From positions 4,050,001 to 4,082,000 of the forward strand of contig CP060262.1 in the NCBI GenBank assembly GCA_022646745.1: a stretch of DNA of 32,000 nt. Reading direction: 5' to 3'. Made by a program: the position numbers and the translations under genes. The DNA is from Planctomycetales bacterium (GTDB taxonomy: Bacteria > 4484-113 > JAFGCY01). Position 1 is the first letter of the stretch. Every line of letters starts with the position of its first letter. Shown piece by piece: positions 8,576 to 16,114 of the stretch. The notes under the pieces are model-generated. The model was not told the DNA's origin. It searched no databases and saw only the letters and a list, made by a program, of their open reading frames with translations.

Positions 8576-11284
8576 ATGGATTACCCCAAGCCGATTGGAG
8601 ACATTAACGAGCTGCCGAAGAACTACGGCGGGCTTGAGCGCGAGAAGTTCTGGCAGCAGTACTGGATGGACTGCGGCGTCTACCGCTTCGACCGGACGAA
8701 GTCCCGCGAGGATATCTTTAGCGTGGACACCCCGCCGCCGACGGTATCCGGCGCGCTCCACATCGGCCACGTCTACAGCTACACCCAGACGGACATGAAC
8801 GTGCGCTACCAGCGCATGAAGGGCAGGCACATCTTCTACCCCTTCGGCTTCGACGACAACGGCCTGCCCACCGAGCGCCTCGTGGAGCGTGAGAAGGGCA
8901 TCCGTGCCCATGAGGTCGGCCGCGAGAAGTTCATCGAGGAGTGCAAGCCGATCGTGGAAGCGGCGGAGCAGGAATTCATCGCGCTGTGGCAGAGCCTGGC
9001 GCTTTCCTGCGACTGGAACGAGTTCTACACCACGATCAGTGAGAAGAGCCGCGCCATTTCACAGGCGAGCTTCATCGACCTTTACAACAAGGGCATCGTC
9101 TACCGCCGTGAGGCACCGACGCAGTGGTGCTGGGCTGACCAGACCGCAATCGCCCAGGCGGAAATCGAGGACCGGGAAGTTCCCGGCCACTTCCACGACA
9201 TCACCTTCCAGATTGACAACGACGGGGAGCTGATCCCCGTGACGATTGCCACCACCCGCCCGGAACTGATCCCGGCCTGCGTGGCGGTACTGGCCCACCC
9301 GGATGATGAGCGCTACAAACACCTGTTCGGCAAGAAGGCCGTCACCCCGCTGTTCGGGGTGGAAGTGCCGGTGCTGCCGAGCGAAAAGGCCGACCCCGAG
9401 AAGGGCACCGGCATCCTGATGTGTTGCACCTTCGGCGACCAGGACGACGTGGAGCACTGGGAGCTGTTCGCGCTGCCGACGCGTGTGATCATCGGCGAGG
9501 ACGGCCGGATCGTCGACTTCATCCCGCGCTACCGCGATGCTGCTGATGTGGATTGCCACCTGCATCCCGGTGACACATATGACACTGACCGCCGCGCTTC
9601 GCTGGCAATGCACTGGCCCAGCCGCCATGCAGCCCGCGCCAGTGAACTTGCGGGCGAGCTTGCGGGACTGAAGGTCAAGCAGGCCCGCACGAAGATAGTC
9701 GAGTTGCTGCAGGAAGCGGGCCTACTTGGCAACGTGAAGGATATCGTGCACGTGGTGCGCCATTCCGAGCGCGGCGGCGTGCCGATCGAGATCCTCGTGA
9801 CCCAGCAGTGGTATGTCAACCTACTGGAGCACAAGACCCAGCTGGTTGAGCAGGGCCGCAAGGTCAACTGGCATCCGCCGCACATGTTCAAGCGCTTCGA
9901 GAACTGGGTGGAGAACCTGAACGCCGACTGGTGCATCAGCCGCCAGCGCTACAACGGCGTGCCCTTCCCGGTCTGGTATGACAGTGATGGCAACATCGTG
10001 ATTGCGGAGCATGCCAGCCTGCCTGTCAACCCTCTCGTGGACAAGCCGCATGCGGTCGGCGAGTTCACGCCGGACACGGACGTGATGGACACCTGGGCCA
10101 CGAGCTCGGTGACCCCTCTTCTCAATACGGAATACGACTTCTCGAAGAGCGTGGCTGACAACGCCAAGCATAACCAGCTGTTCCCCTTCGACCTGCGGCC
10201 GCAGGCGCATGACATCATCCGCACCTGGGCCTTCTACACTATTGCCAAGGCTTACTTCCACTTCGGTGAGATCCCCTGGCGCGACATCGTGATCAGCGGG
10301 CATGCACAGGATGCCAACCGCGGCAAGATTTCCAAGAGCAAGGGGCACGGCGTTTCCCCTGCACAGATGGTGGAGCAGTACACCGCTGACAACCTGCGCT
10401 ACTGGTCCGGCAGTCCGAAGCTCGGCACGGACACTATCTACGACGAGAAGAGCCTTGGCGAGGGCCGCAAGCTGATCAACAAGCTGTTCAACGCCACCAA
10501 GTTTGCGCTCAGGCACCTGATCGGCGAGTTCGAGCCGCCAATGAAGGATGGCAGCGTGGACATGGCGGAACTATTGGCAATGGTCAGCTACCCGACGGAC
10601 ATCTGGTTGCTGCACCGCCTCGATGCGACGATCGAGCAGGCCACGAAGGCCAATGAGCGCTTCGAGTTCGGCGATGCCAAGCAGGCAGCGGAGTCATTCT
10701 TCTGGGCCGACCTGTGCGACAACTACCTGGAGTTCACCAAGGGCCGCCTCTACAAGGATGGGCTGGCAACGGGTGCGCATGCTGACCTTGACGCCGATGC
10801 CATGCGCACGAGCGCGCAGGCCACATTGTTCATCGCACTGTCCAGTGTGATCCGCATGTTCGCCCCAATCATCCCGCACATCACCGAGGAGTGCTGGAGC
10901 TGGTACTTCGCCCAGTTCAGTGAGAAGCGCAGCATCCATGAGGAGGGCTGGCCGCGCATGACCGGCATTGCCAGTGGAGCGGATGACAACAGCAATGCCC
11001 AGACAATCGCCATGAGCCGCCTGATTGACAGCGTGCGCAAGTGGAAGAGCCAGCAGAATGTGTCCATGAAGAAGCTGGTCGCCGAACTGCGAGTGTACAA
11101 CTGTGGAGATGCGGAGAAGCCGCTGGCTGAGGCGGACATCGCGGCTGTCAAGGGCGACCTGCTGGCCACGACCAACTCACAGGCGATCACGATCCACAGC
11201 GGCAAGGGCCCGGAGACGGAAGCCTACCTGGAGGGCTACCCCTTCAGCGTGGACTGCGTGCTGGCGGAAGAGGAAGAGGGCTAG
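8576..11284 (+). CDS. valS: Valine--tRNA ligase (long type without a C-terminal coiled-coil extension)
   Basis: Class I HIGH motif within TPPPTVSGALHIGHVYSY and KMSKS variant KISKSKG. It also has the editing-domain and anticodon-binding regions typical of ValRS (WCISRQRYNGVPFP, DTWATSS). 902 aa, with an SD before the ATG at 8576. Confidence 0.9.
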   Translation: MDYPKPIGDINELPKNYGGLEREKFWQQYWMDCGVYRFDRTKSREDIFSVDTPPPTVSGALHIGHVYSYTQTDMNVRYQRMKGRHIFYPFGFDDNGLPTERLVEREKGIRAHEVGREKFIEECKPIVEAAEQEFIALWQSLALSCDWNEFYTTISEKSRAISQASFIDLYNKGIVYRREAPTQWCWADQTAIAQAEIEDREVPGHFHDITFQIDNDGELIPVTIATTRPELIPACVAVLAHPDDERYKHLFGKKAVTPLFGVEVPVLPSEKADPEKGTGILMCCTFGDQDDVEHWELFALPTRVIIGEDGRIVDFIPRYRDAADVDCHLHPGDTYDTDRRASLAMHWPSRHAARASELAGELAGLKVKQARTKIVELLQEAGLLGNVKDIVHVVRHSERGGVPIEILVTQQWYVNLLEHKTQLVEQGRKVNWHPPHMFKRFENWVENLNADWCISRQRYNGVPFPVWYDSDGNIVIAEHASLPVNPLVDKPHAVGEFTPDTDVMDTWATSSVTPLLNTEYDFSKSVADNAKHNQLFPFDLRPQAHDIIRTWAFYTIAKAYFHFGEIPWRDIVISGHAQDANRGKISKSKGHGVSPAQMVEQYTADNLRYWSGSPKLGTDTIYDEKSLGEGRKLINKLFNATKFALRHLIGEFEPPMKDGSVDMAELLAMVSYPTDIWLLHRLDATIEQATKANERFEFGDAKQAAESFFWADLCDNYLEFTKGRLYKDGLATGAHADLDADAMRTSAQATLFIALSSVIRMFAPIIPHITEECWSWYFAQFSEKRSIHEEGWPRMTGIASGADDNSNAQTIAMSRLIDSVRKWKSQQNVSMKKLVAELRVYNCGDAEKPLAEADIAAVKGDLLATTNSQAITIHSGKGPETEAYLEGYPFSVDCVLAEEEEG

Positions 11285-11286
11285 GA

Positions 11287-11305
11287 GGTCCGGTGAAGCC
11301 GGACC
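11287..11305 (+). terminator. 7-bp GC hairpin just after the valS stop (weak terminator candidate)
   Basis: GGTCCGG-tgaag-CCGGACC begins 3 nt after the TAG, but no U-tract follows. Confidence 0.3.
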
Positions 11306-11414
11306 ATTGGATGCGAGATGAAATCGCGCTCGTTTTGGAGGTGCGATCACGCCATCGAGTGGTTGTAGCACAATCATCTCATGATTGTTGTCAGCCGTCC
11401 TGCATTTTTCAATC

Positions 11415-11762
11415 CTACTCCACAACAAAATGCTGCATCAGATGAGCAAGCAGTAAATCTGGAGTACGAGCACCGATTCGGAAAATACTGCCAATATATT
11501 CAAGAATCTGCTGCTCATCAAACCTCCGGGCAACGATGAATCCATGCGCAGAGCAGATAGTAGTTCCATCATCATCCAGGAACTTCCGCTTCATCCAGTC
11601 TTCACTTACAACATCAGCCCGACACTGAACAGTTCCGATATTGGGAATTTCCGCAAGGAAGAACAACGGCAGACAAAATGAATCGGGGTTAAAGTTCGTG
11701 ATTTTGTCGACAGAAATGACGAGAACCGAGTTATTCACCAGTTGCAGGTTTGCACGGAACAA
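11415..11762 (-). CDS. Hypothetical 115-aa protein (no recognisable family), downstream partner of the HicB-like gene
   Basis: TTG start at 11762 is preceded by a strong SD (tGAGGAGAtaacagatTTG). It lies in the AT-rich islet. The product looks soluble, with no motif I can name. Confidence 0.5.
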   Translation of the reverse strand: MFRANLQLVNNSVLVISVDKITNFNPDSFCLPLFFLAEIPNIGTVQCRADVVSEDWMKRKFLDDDGTTICSAHGFIVARRFDEQQILEYIGSIFRIGARTPDLLLAHLMQHFVVE

Positions 11763-11852
11763 ATCTGTTATCTCCTCAAATGATGATCAGGTTTGTCTGG
11801 TTTGTTGTCAGTTGCCATTATCGTGCGGAAGCAAGTGCCGCACCTCCGAAAA

Positions 11853-12077
11853 TCACTGGATTGTAACCAGCTCGGAGAAACCTACCGGGTTTGCCAATCT
11901 TCTTTCTATCTCTTCGTCGCTGGCGATCTCAAGGAAGCCCTCAAGTGCTTCATTCAGCATTCGCCTGGCTTCTTCAGCCGTACTGCCGCAACTGGATACA
12001 TCGAGCTCCGGGCAGATGGAGACGTACTCATCGCCTTCGCGAATCACCCATGCTGTCAGATTGAGAACGCGAGCCAT
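11853..12077 (-). CDS. HicB-like (UPF0150 fold) antitoxin-family protein, 74 aa
   Basis: LTAWVIREGDEYVSICPELDVSSCGSTAEEARRMLNEALEGFLE follows the short HicB/UPF0150 pattern: beta strand, D/E-G-x-Y-V-a, P-e-L-x-g-x-x-x-G-x-T-x-E-E-A, then a helix. Confidence 0.65.
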   Translation of the reverse strand: MARVLNLTAWVIREGDEYVSICPELDVSSCGSTAEEARRMLNEALEGFLEIASDEEIERRLANPVGFSELVTIQ

Positions 12078-12082
12078 GCCTG

Positions 12083-12088
12083 ATTATA
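12083..12088 (-). promoter_or_regulatory. Consensus TATAAT -10 box 5 nt upstream of the HicB-like ATG (leaderless mRNA)
   Basis: The minus strand reads agtTATAATcaggcATG. The spacing puts the expected transcription start on or next to the A of the ATG, and there is no SD. Confidence 0.5.
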
Positions 12089-12170
12089 ACTTGCCAGCTA
12101 AAGCTTCACACTTGTCAGGTCAGCAGCGCACATCCGCTGCCACCTACTCCCCAGCTCCTATGTCCTCGAC

Positions 12171-13949
12171 CTACACGTACGGCTTCAGCCGCTCGATGCG
12201 ATGGCTCAGCTCCATCGGCTCGATCTGCCACTTCTCCGGGATCAGGCTGCGTGATGTGCTTTCAGCCACCGCCTGCAGGATCTGGTACTCCACCTGCTGC
12301 GGGTAGACCGGCGACATGTAGTCCGCCAGGCAGCTCACGAGGTCGTCAATCTGCAGCACCTCGCGTCCCTCCAGCAGTGCTATGCCCTTGGCGCGTACCA
12401 GCAGCGCCTCCAGGTCGGCACCACTGTGGCTGTTGACATCGCTGAGCTTGAGCGCGGCACCCTCCGGCGGAGCACCGAACAGGTTGTCAAACTCCGTCTT
12501 GATGCCAAGCTTCTTCCTGAACACCTTGAACAGGTCCTCGTAGTGCTTCTCCTCATCCGGCGGGAAGAGCGGGATGTGCTTCTCGGCGCGGCCCTGGCGC
12601 TTGAGATCGATTGCCAGCAGGTCCGGGCGGTTGGTGATCAGGAACCAGAGGATCTTACCGCGGTTGGCGGTGTCACCCATGAAGCTCGTCAGGCGGCTGA
12701 ACACGCGGCTCGATACCCCGCTGTCGCCACCACCCTCGCGGGTGCCCATGTAGGCATCCGCCTCGTCAATGATGCAGGCCACCGGGGCCAGCCCGCTGAG
12801 CACGTTGATGATCTTCTCGAGGTTCTGCTCCGTGGCACCGACCCACTTGTCGCGGAAGTTCTTCAGTTCCACGCAGGGGATGCCGATCTCGCCTGCGAAG
12901 CTCTTGATCAGGAAGCTCTTGCCCGCTCCGGCCGGCCCCGTGATCAGGTAGCCCATCGGCACGGCATCGAGGTGCCCGGCCAGCACGAGCTTGCTGTCGC
13001 GCTTCAGCTCATCCACGGCACGGTCATGCACGGCCACCATTGAAAGGTTGTACTTGGGCTCGATGAACTCCAGCAGGCCACGGCATTCCGTCTCGATCAT
13101 CTCACGCTTGCGCTTGTAGATGTAGTCCGGCTTGCCGAAGTCCACGTTGCCAAGCTTGGCCTCCTGCAGCAGGCTGCGGATCTGCATCAACGTCAGGCCG
13201 CTGGTGTGCTTCTTCAGCACCTTCACCAGCTCATCGGAAATGCCCAGCTCGGCGCGGCCGTTGACACGCTCGATGTAATGCTCGCGGGTGTCCTCATCCG
13301 GCAGCGGGATCTGGATCGTGGCCCCGCTCGGCAGGGCCTGTACGCGCTTGTTGAGTGCCAGCACGCTCTCAGTGATCAGCACGAGGGTCACATCGTTCAT
13401 CAGCACGTCGGGATCACTCGCCAGCTCGGCCAGCGCGATGCTCGTCGCCCGGTCCGGCACACTGCCGCCGCCGGCCTCGCTCTCCGTGAACACGGTCTCG
13501 GCGTACTTCACGATAACGGCGATGCGCTTGTCCGAGGGTTTGGCGGATGCCAGCCGGCCACGGATCACGCGCTTGATCAGCTCCACCGCCTTCAGCGGGT
13601 CCTTCGGCAGGCCGCGGTCGGCATAGTCCGTGCCGCGGATGGTGTCCAGCGCACGCACGCTCTTCAGCATCGCGGCCCGCATCTCCTTCTGCGGGCACTG
13701 GATGCCGCTTGAGAGGTCGTAGGTGATCACCAGGCTGCGCTGGGCGAAGAACACGTCCGTCAGGAAGTCCACCAGCGGCAGGAAGCGGCGCTGGCCCTCC
13801 TGCGTGTATTCCACCAGGTCGAGCACATTTCCGTGCAGGATGAACTGGGACAGGGCGCTTGATGCATACTTGCGCGCCATGTCATCCGCCCAGTCAGGGG
13901 CGTCGATCAGCTTCGGGACGAGTTCACTCTTGTCTGCCATGTTAACCAT
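12171..13949 (-). CDS. Two-domain classical-clade AAA+ ATPase (degenerate N-terminal domain + active C-terminal AAA module; Ycf46-like architecture)
   Basis: Walker A is GPAGAGKS and Walker B is VACIIDEAD. Sensor-1 is FLITNRPD and the second region of homology is AIDLKRQGRAEKHI. The N-terminal ~300 aa has AAA-like strands (RIAVIVKYAE, VTLVLITES) but no P-loop. Confidence 0.75.
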   Translation of the reverse strand: MVNMADKSELVPKLIDAPDWADDMARKYASSALSQFILHGNVLDLVEYTQEGQRRFLPLVDFLTDVFFAQRSLVITYDLSSGIQCPQKEMRAAMLKSVRALDTIRGTDYADRGLPKDPLKAVELIKRVIRGRLASAKPSDKRIAVIVKYAETVFTESEAGGGSVPDRATSIALAELASDPDVLMNDVTLVLITESVLALNKRVQALPSGATIQIPLPDEDTREHYIERVNGRAELGISDELVKVLKKHTSGLTLMQIRSLLQEAKLGNVDFGKPDYIYKRKREMIETECRGLLEFIEPKYNLSMVAVHDRAVDELKRDSKLVLAGHLDAVPMGYLITGPAGAGKSFLIKSFAGEIGIPCVELKNFRDKWVGATEQNLEKIINVLSGLAPVACIIDEADAYMGTREGGGDSGVSSRVFSRLTSFMGDTANRGKILWFLITNRPDLLAIDLKRQGRAEKHIPLFPPDEEKHYEDLFKVFRKKLGIKTEFDNLFGAPPEGAALKLSDVNSHSGADLEALLVRAKGIALLEGREVLQIDDLVSCLADYMSPVYPQQVEYQILQAVAESTSRSLIPEKWQIEPMELSHRIERLKPYV

Positions 13950-14034
13950 TTTACTTCCCAGTCAGGATGACAGGGGTATACGGCTGGAGCCGGACCCGGG
14001 TTTCACCGGCAGGTGAAAGACCGCTGGTACGGGA

Positions 14035-14040
14035 TACTAT
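14035..14040 (+). promoter_or_regulatory. -10-like TACTAT 6 nt upstream of the dapF GTG
   Basis: The sequence reads ggaTACTATattgccGTG with no SD. The MQALRFHKMHGCGNDF N-terminus matches the usual DapF start, which supports this start codon. Confidence 0.3.
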
Positions 14041-14046
14041 ATTGCC

Positions 14047-14910
14047 GTGCAGGCCCTCAGGTTCCACAAGATGCATGGCTGCGGCAATGACTTCATCGTG
14101 TTCGACGATGAACAGGACCGCTTCAGCTGGGATGAACTCTCGCAGCTCGCGCGGCGCTACTGCCCGCGGCGTTTCGGCGTCGGCGCTGACGGACTGATCG
14201 CGATCGGCCGCCATCCGGGGGCCGACTACGAGATGCGCTATGTGAATGCCGACGGCAGCCGCGCCGAGATGTGCGGCAACGGCATCCGCTGTGTGGGCAA
14301 GTTCGTCGGTGATGAACTGGGCGACATCCGCAGCCACATCAAGGTGATGACCGGCAATGGCGTGCTGCCGATCAGCCTGTCCAGGCTGGCGGGCAAGGTG
14401 GACAGCATCACCGTCGGGATGGGTGTGCCAGGCCTGAAGGCGGCCAGTATCCCGACCACGCTGAAGCCGATCAGCGAGCCCGTGCTGGCTACCGAATTGG
14501 CTGTGGACGGCACTATCCTGTCCCTCACAGCCGTCAACATGGGCAACCCGCATGCCGTCAGCTTCGTTGACAGCATCACAGACCAGCTCGTGCTCGGTAT
14601 CGGCCCGCAGGTCGAGAAGCATCCCGTCTTCCCCGAGGGCGTGAACGTGGAATTCGTGCAGGTGCTGGCCCCGGAGAACCTGCGCATGCGCGTCTGGGAA
14701 CGCGGCGTGGGCGAGACCTGGGCCTGTGGCACGGGCGCCTGCGCGACCGTCGTGGCAGCAGTGCTGAACGGTCACAGCCGTCCCGGCTCAGATGTGACGG
14801 TCAAGCTCAACGGTGGCAAGCTCATCATCAACTGGCCAGGCGAAGGCAAGGATGTGCAGATGACCGGCCCGGCCGAATTCGTCTACCACGGCTTCCTCGG
14901 GCTGGACTGA
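14047..14910 (+). CDS. dapF: Diaminopimelate epimerase
   Basis: FHKMHGCGNDFIVFD, NMGNPHAV and ERGVGETWACGTGACA contain both catalytic Cys motifs. Length is 287 aa. Confidence 0.9.
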   Translation: MQALRFHKMHGCGNDFIVFDDEQDRFSWDELSQLARRYCPRRFGVGADGLIAIGRHPGADYEMRYVNADGSRAEMCGNGIRCVGKFVGDELGDIRSHIKVMTGNGVLPISLSRLAGKVDSITVGMGVPGLKAASIPTTLKPISEPVLATELAVDGTILSLTAVNMGNPHAVSFVDSITDQLVLGIGPQVEKHPVFPEGVNVEFVQVLAPENLRMRVWERGVGETWACGTGACATVVAAVLNGHSRPGSDVTVKLNGGKLIINWPGEGKDVQMTGPAEFVYHGFLGLD

Positions 14911-16092
14911 TCAGTCCCCGAGGTAGACCCGCCTGACCCGCCGTCCCCAGCGGCAGCAGATCTCATACGGCACGGTGTCCAGCATGCGCGCCACTTCCTC
15001 AATGCCTATGCGCTGGCTGCCGGCCTCGCCGATGATCGTCACCCGCTCCCCGAGCTGCACGTCCATCTCGCCGACATCCGCCATCATGTAGTCCATCGTC
15101 ACATTGCCAACAACCCGGCAGCGCTTCCCACCGATGATCACCTGCGCCAGGTTGCCAAGCTGGCGCCACATCCCATCGGCGTAACCGTATGGGAAGGTCA
15201 CGATCGTGGTCGGCTTTGAACTGACGAAGCTGTGGGTGTAGCTCACACCCTCCCCGGCCCCGATGCGATGGATGTCCACCACCTCGCTGGACAGCCGGAA
15301 GCACTGCTGCAGCCCTTCCGGTGCGATGCCGGCATCCGACATGCGGATGCCGTAGGCCAGCTGTCCGAGGCGCACGCTGTCATAGTGCAGCTGCGGCAGG
15401 TTGACCGTGGCTTCGCTGTTGGCAATGTGGCACTGCGGGCGGTAGCCGAGGAAGTCCTCGCAGATCCGGACCGCTTCGGCGAACTGCTCCGCCTGCCGGC
15501 GGTTGACCGGCAGCTGTGGCTGCTCACTGCTGACGAGGTGCGTGAACAGGCCGGCCACCGAGATGTTGTCATACTGCGCGATCAGCCCGAGGAATGATCG
15601 CAGCTCACTGAGCCGCACCCCGAGCCGCGTCATGCCGGTGTCCAGCTTGACATGCAGCTTCAGCGGGCGGCCGATGTCGCTCCAGGCCTCGGCGATCAGC
15701 GGGATGTTCTCCGGCCGGTAGGCTGACAGCTCGCAGTCGGAATGCTTGATCTCGTAGTAGCAGCGCGGATGGGTGTAGCCCATCAGCAGGATCCGTCCGC
15801 TGTATCCCAGAGCACGGATCTCCAGCGCCTCATCCGGGGTGGCGACTCCCAGCATCACCTGCTCGAACTCCGAGATGATCGGCAGCAGGCCCTCGATGCC
15901 GAATCCATAGGCATTGGCCTTGACCACGAAGATGATGCTGGCCGGCGCCAGCCAGTCAGTGAGGATGCGCAGGTTTGAACGGAAGCGGTTGAGGAAGAAT
16001 TCGAGCGTGATCAGGCTGGAACCGATGTCGTCAATTCCGGCCAGCTTCGGGGTGTAGCTGAACTCGCTGAATGATCCGGGCAGGTCAGTCAC
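14911..16092 (-). CDS. alr: Alanine racemase (PLP-dependent)
   Basis: FVVKANAYGFG contains the PLP lysine, and FPYGYADGMWRQL and GNVTMDYMMADV are also present. I place the start at the in-frame GTG 16092 (VTDLPGSF...). The track's longer ORF to 16452 overlaps the upstream gene and its extra residues are Arg/Pro/Ser-rich. Confidence 0.85.
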   Translation of the reverse strand: MTDLPGSFSEFSYTPKLAGIDDIGSSLITLEFFLNRFRSNLRILTDWLAPASIIFVVKANAYGFGIEGLLPIISEFEQVMLGVATPDEALEIRALGYSGRILLMGYTHPRCYYEIKHSDCELSAYRPENIPLIAEAWSDIGRPLKLHVKLDTGMTRLGVRLSELRSFLGLIAQYDNISVAGLFTHLVSSEQPQLPVNRRQAEQFAEAVRICEDFLGYRPQCHIANSEATVNLPQLHYDSVRLGQLAYGIRMSDAGIAPEGLQQCFRLSSEVVDIHRIGAGEGVSYTHSFVSSKPTTIVTFPYGYADGMWRQLGNLAQVIIGGKRCRVVGNVTMDYMMADVGEMDVQLGERVTIIGEAGSQRIGIEEVARMLDTVPYEICCRWGRRVRRVYLGD

Positions 16093-16098
16093 GGGCTG

Positions 16099-16104
16099 AT
16101 TATA
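16099..16104 (-). promoter_or_regulatory. Consensus TATAAT -10 box 6 nt upstream of the alr GTG
   Basis: The minus strand reads cgccTATAATcagcccGTG and shares the TATAATCAG motif. It lies in the 22-nt gap after the upstream stop codon. Confidence 0.4.
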
Positions 16105-16114
16105 GGCGCGGGGC

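Larger units (their letters stand above)
11290..12170. other. AT-rich islet (compositionally foreign segment) carrying two small minus-strand genes
   Basis: Hand counts per 60-nt line give 23/60 G+C at 11401 and 27/60 at 11641, against 40/60 at 11161 inside valS. The boundaries coincide with the valS stop and the AAA+ gene stop. Confidence 0.6.

Noticed and set aside
11370-11388. ACAATCAT-ctc-ATGATTGT hairpin just past the stop of the 115-aa gene, considered as a terminator
   Set aside because: It is an AT-rich 8-bp stem with a 3-nt loop and no U-tract on the minus strand, which is too weak to call. It could equally be a protein-binding palindrome.
14001-14018. TTTCACC-ggca-GGTGAAA inverted repeat in the AAA+/dapF divergent region
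   Set aside because: It has only 7 bp, no second copy and no obvious relation to the promoter hexamers. It is noted but not interpretable.
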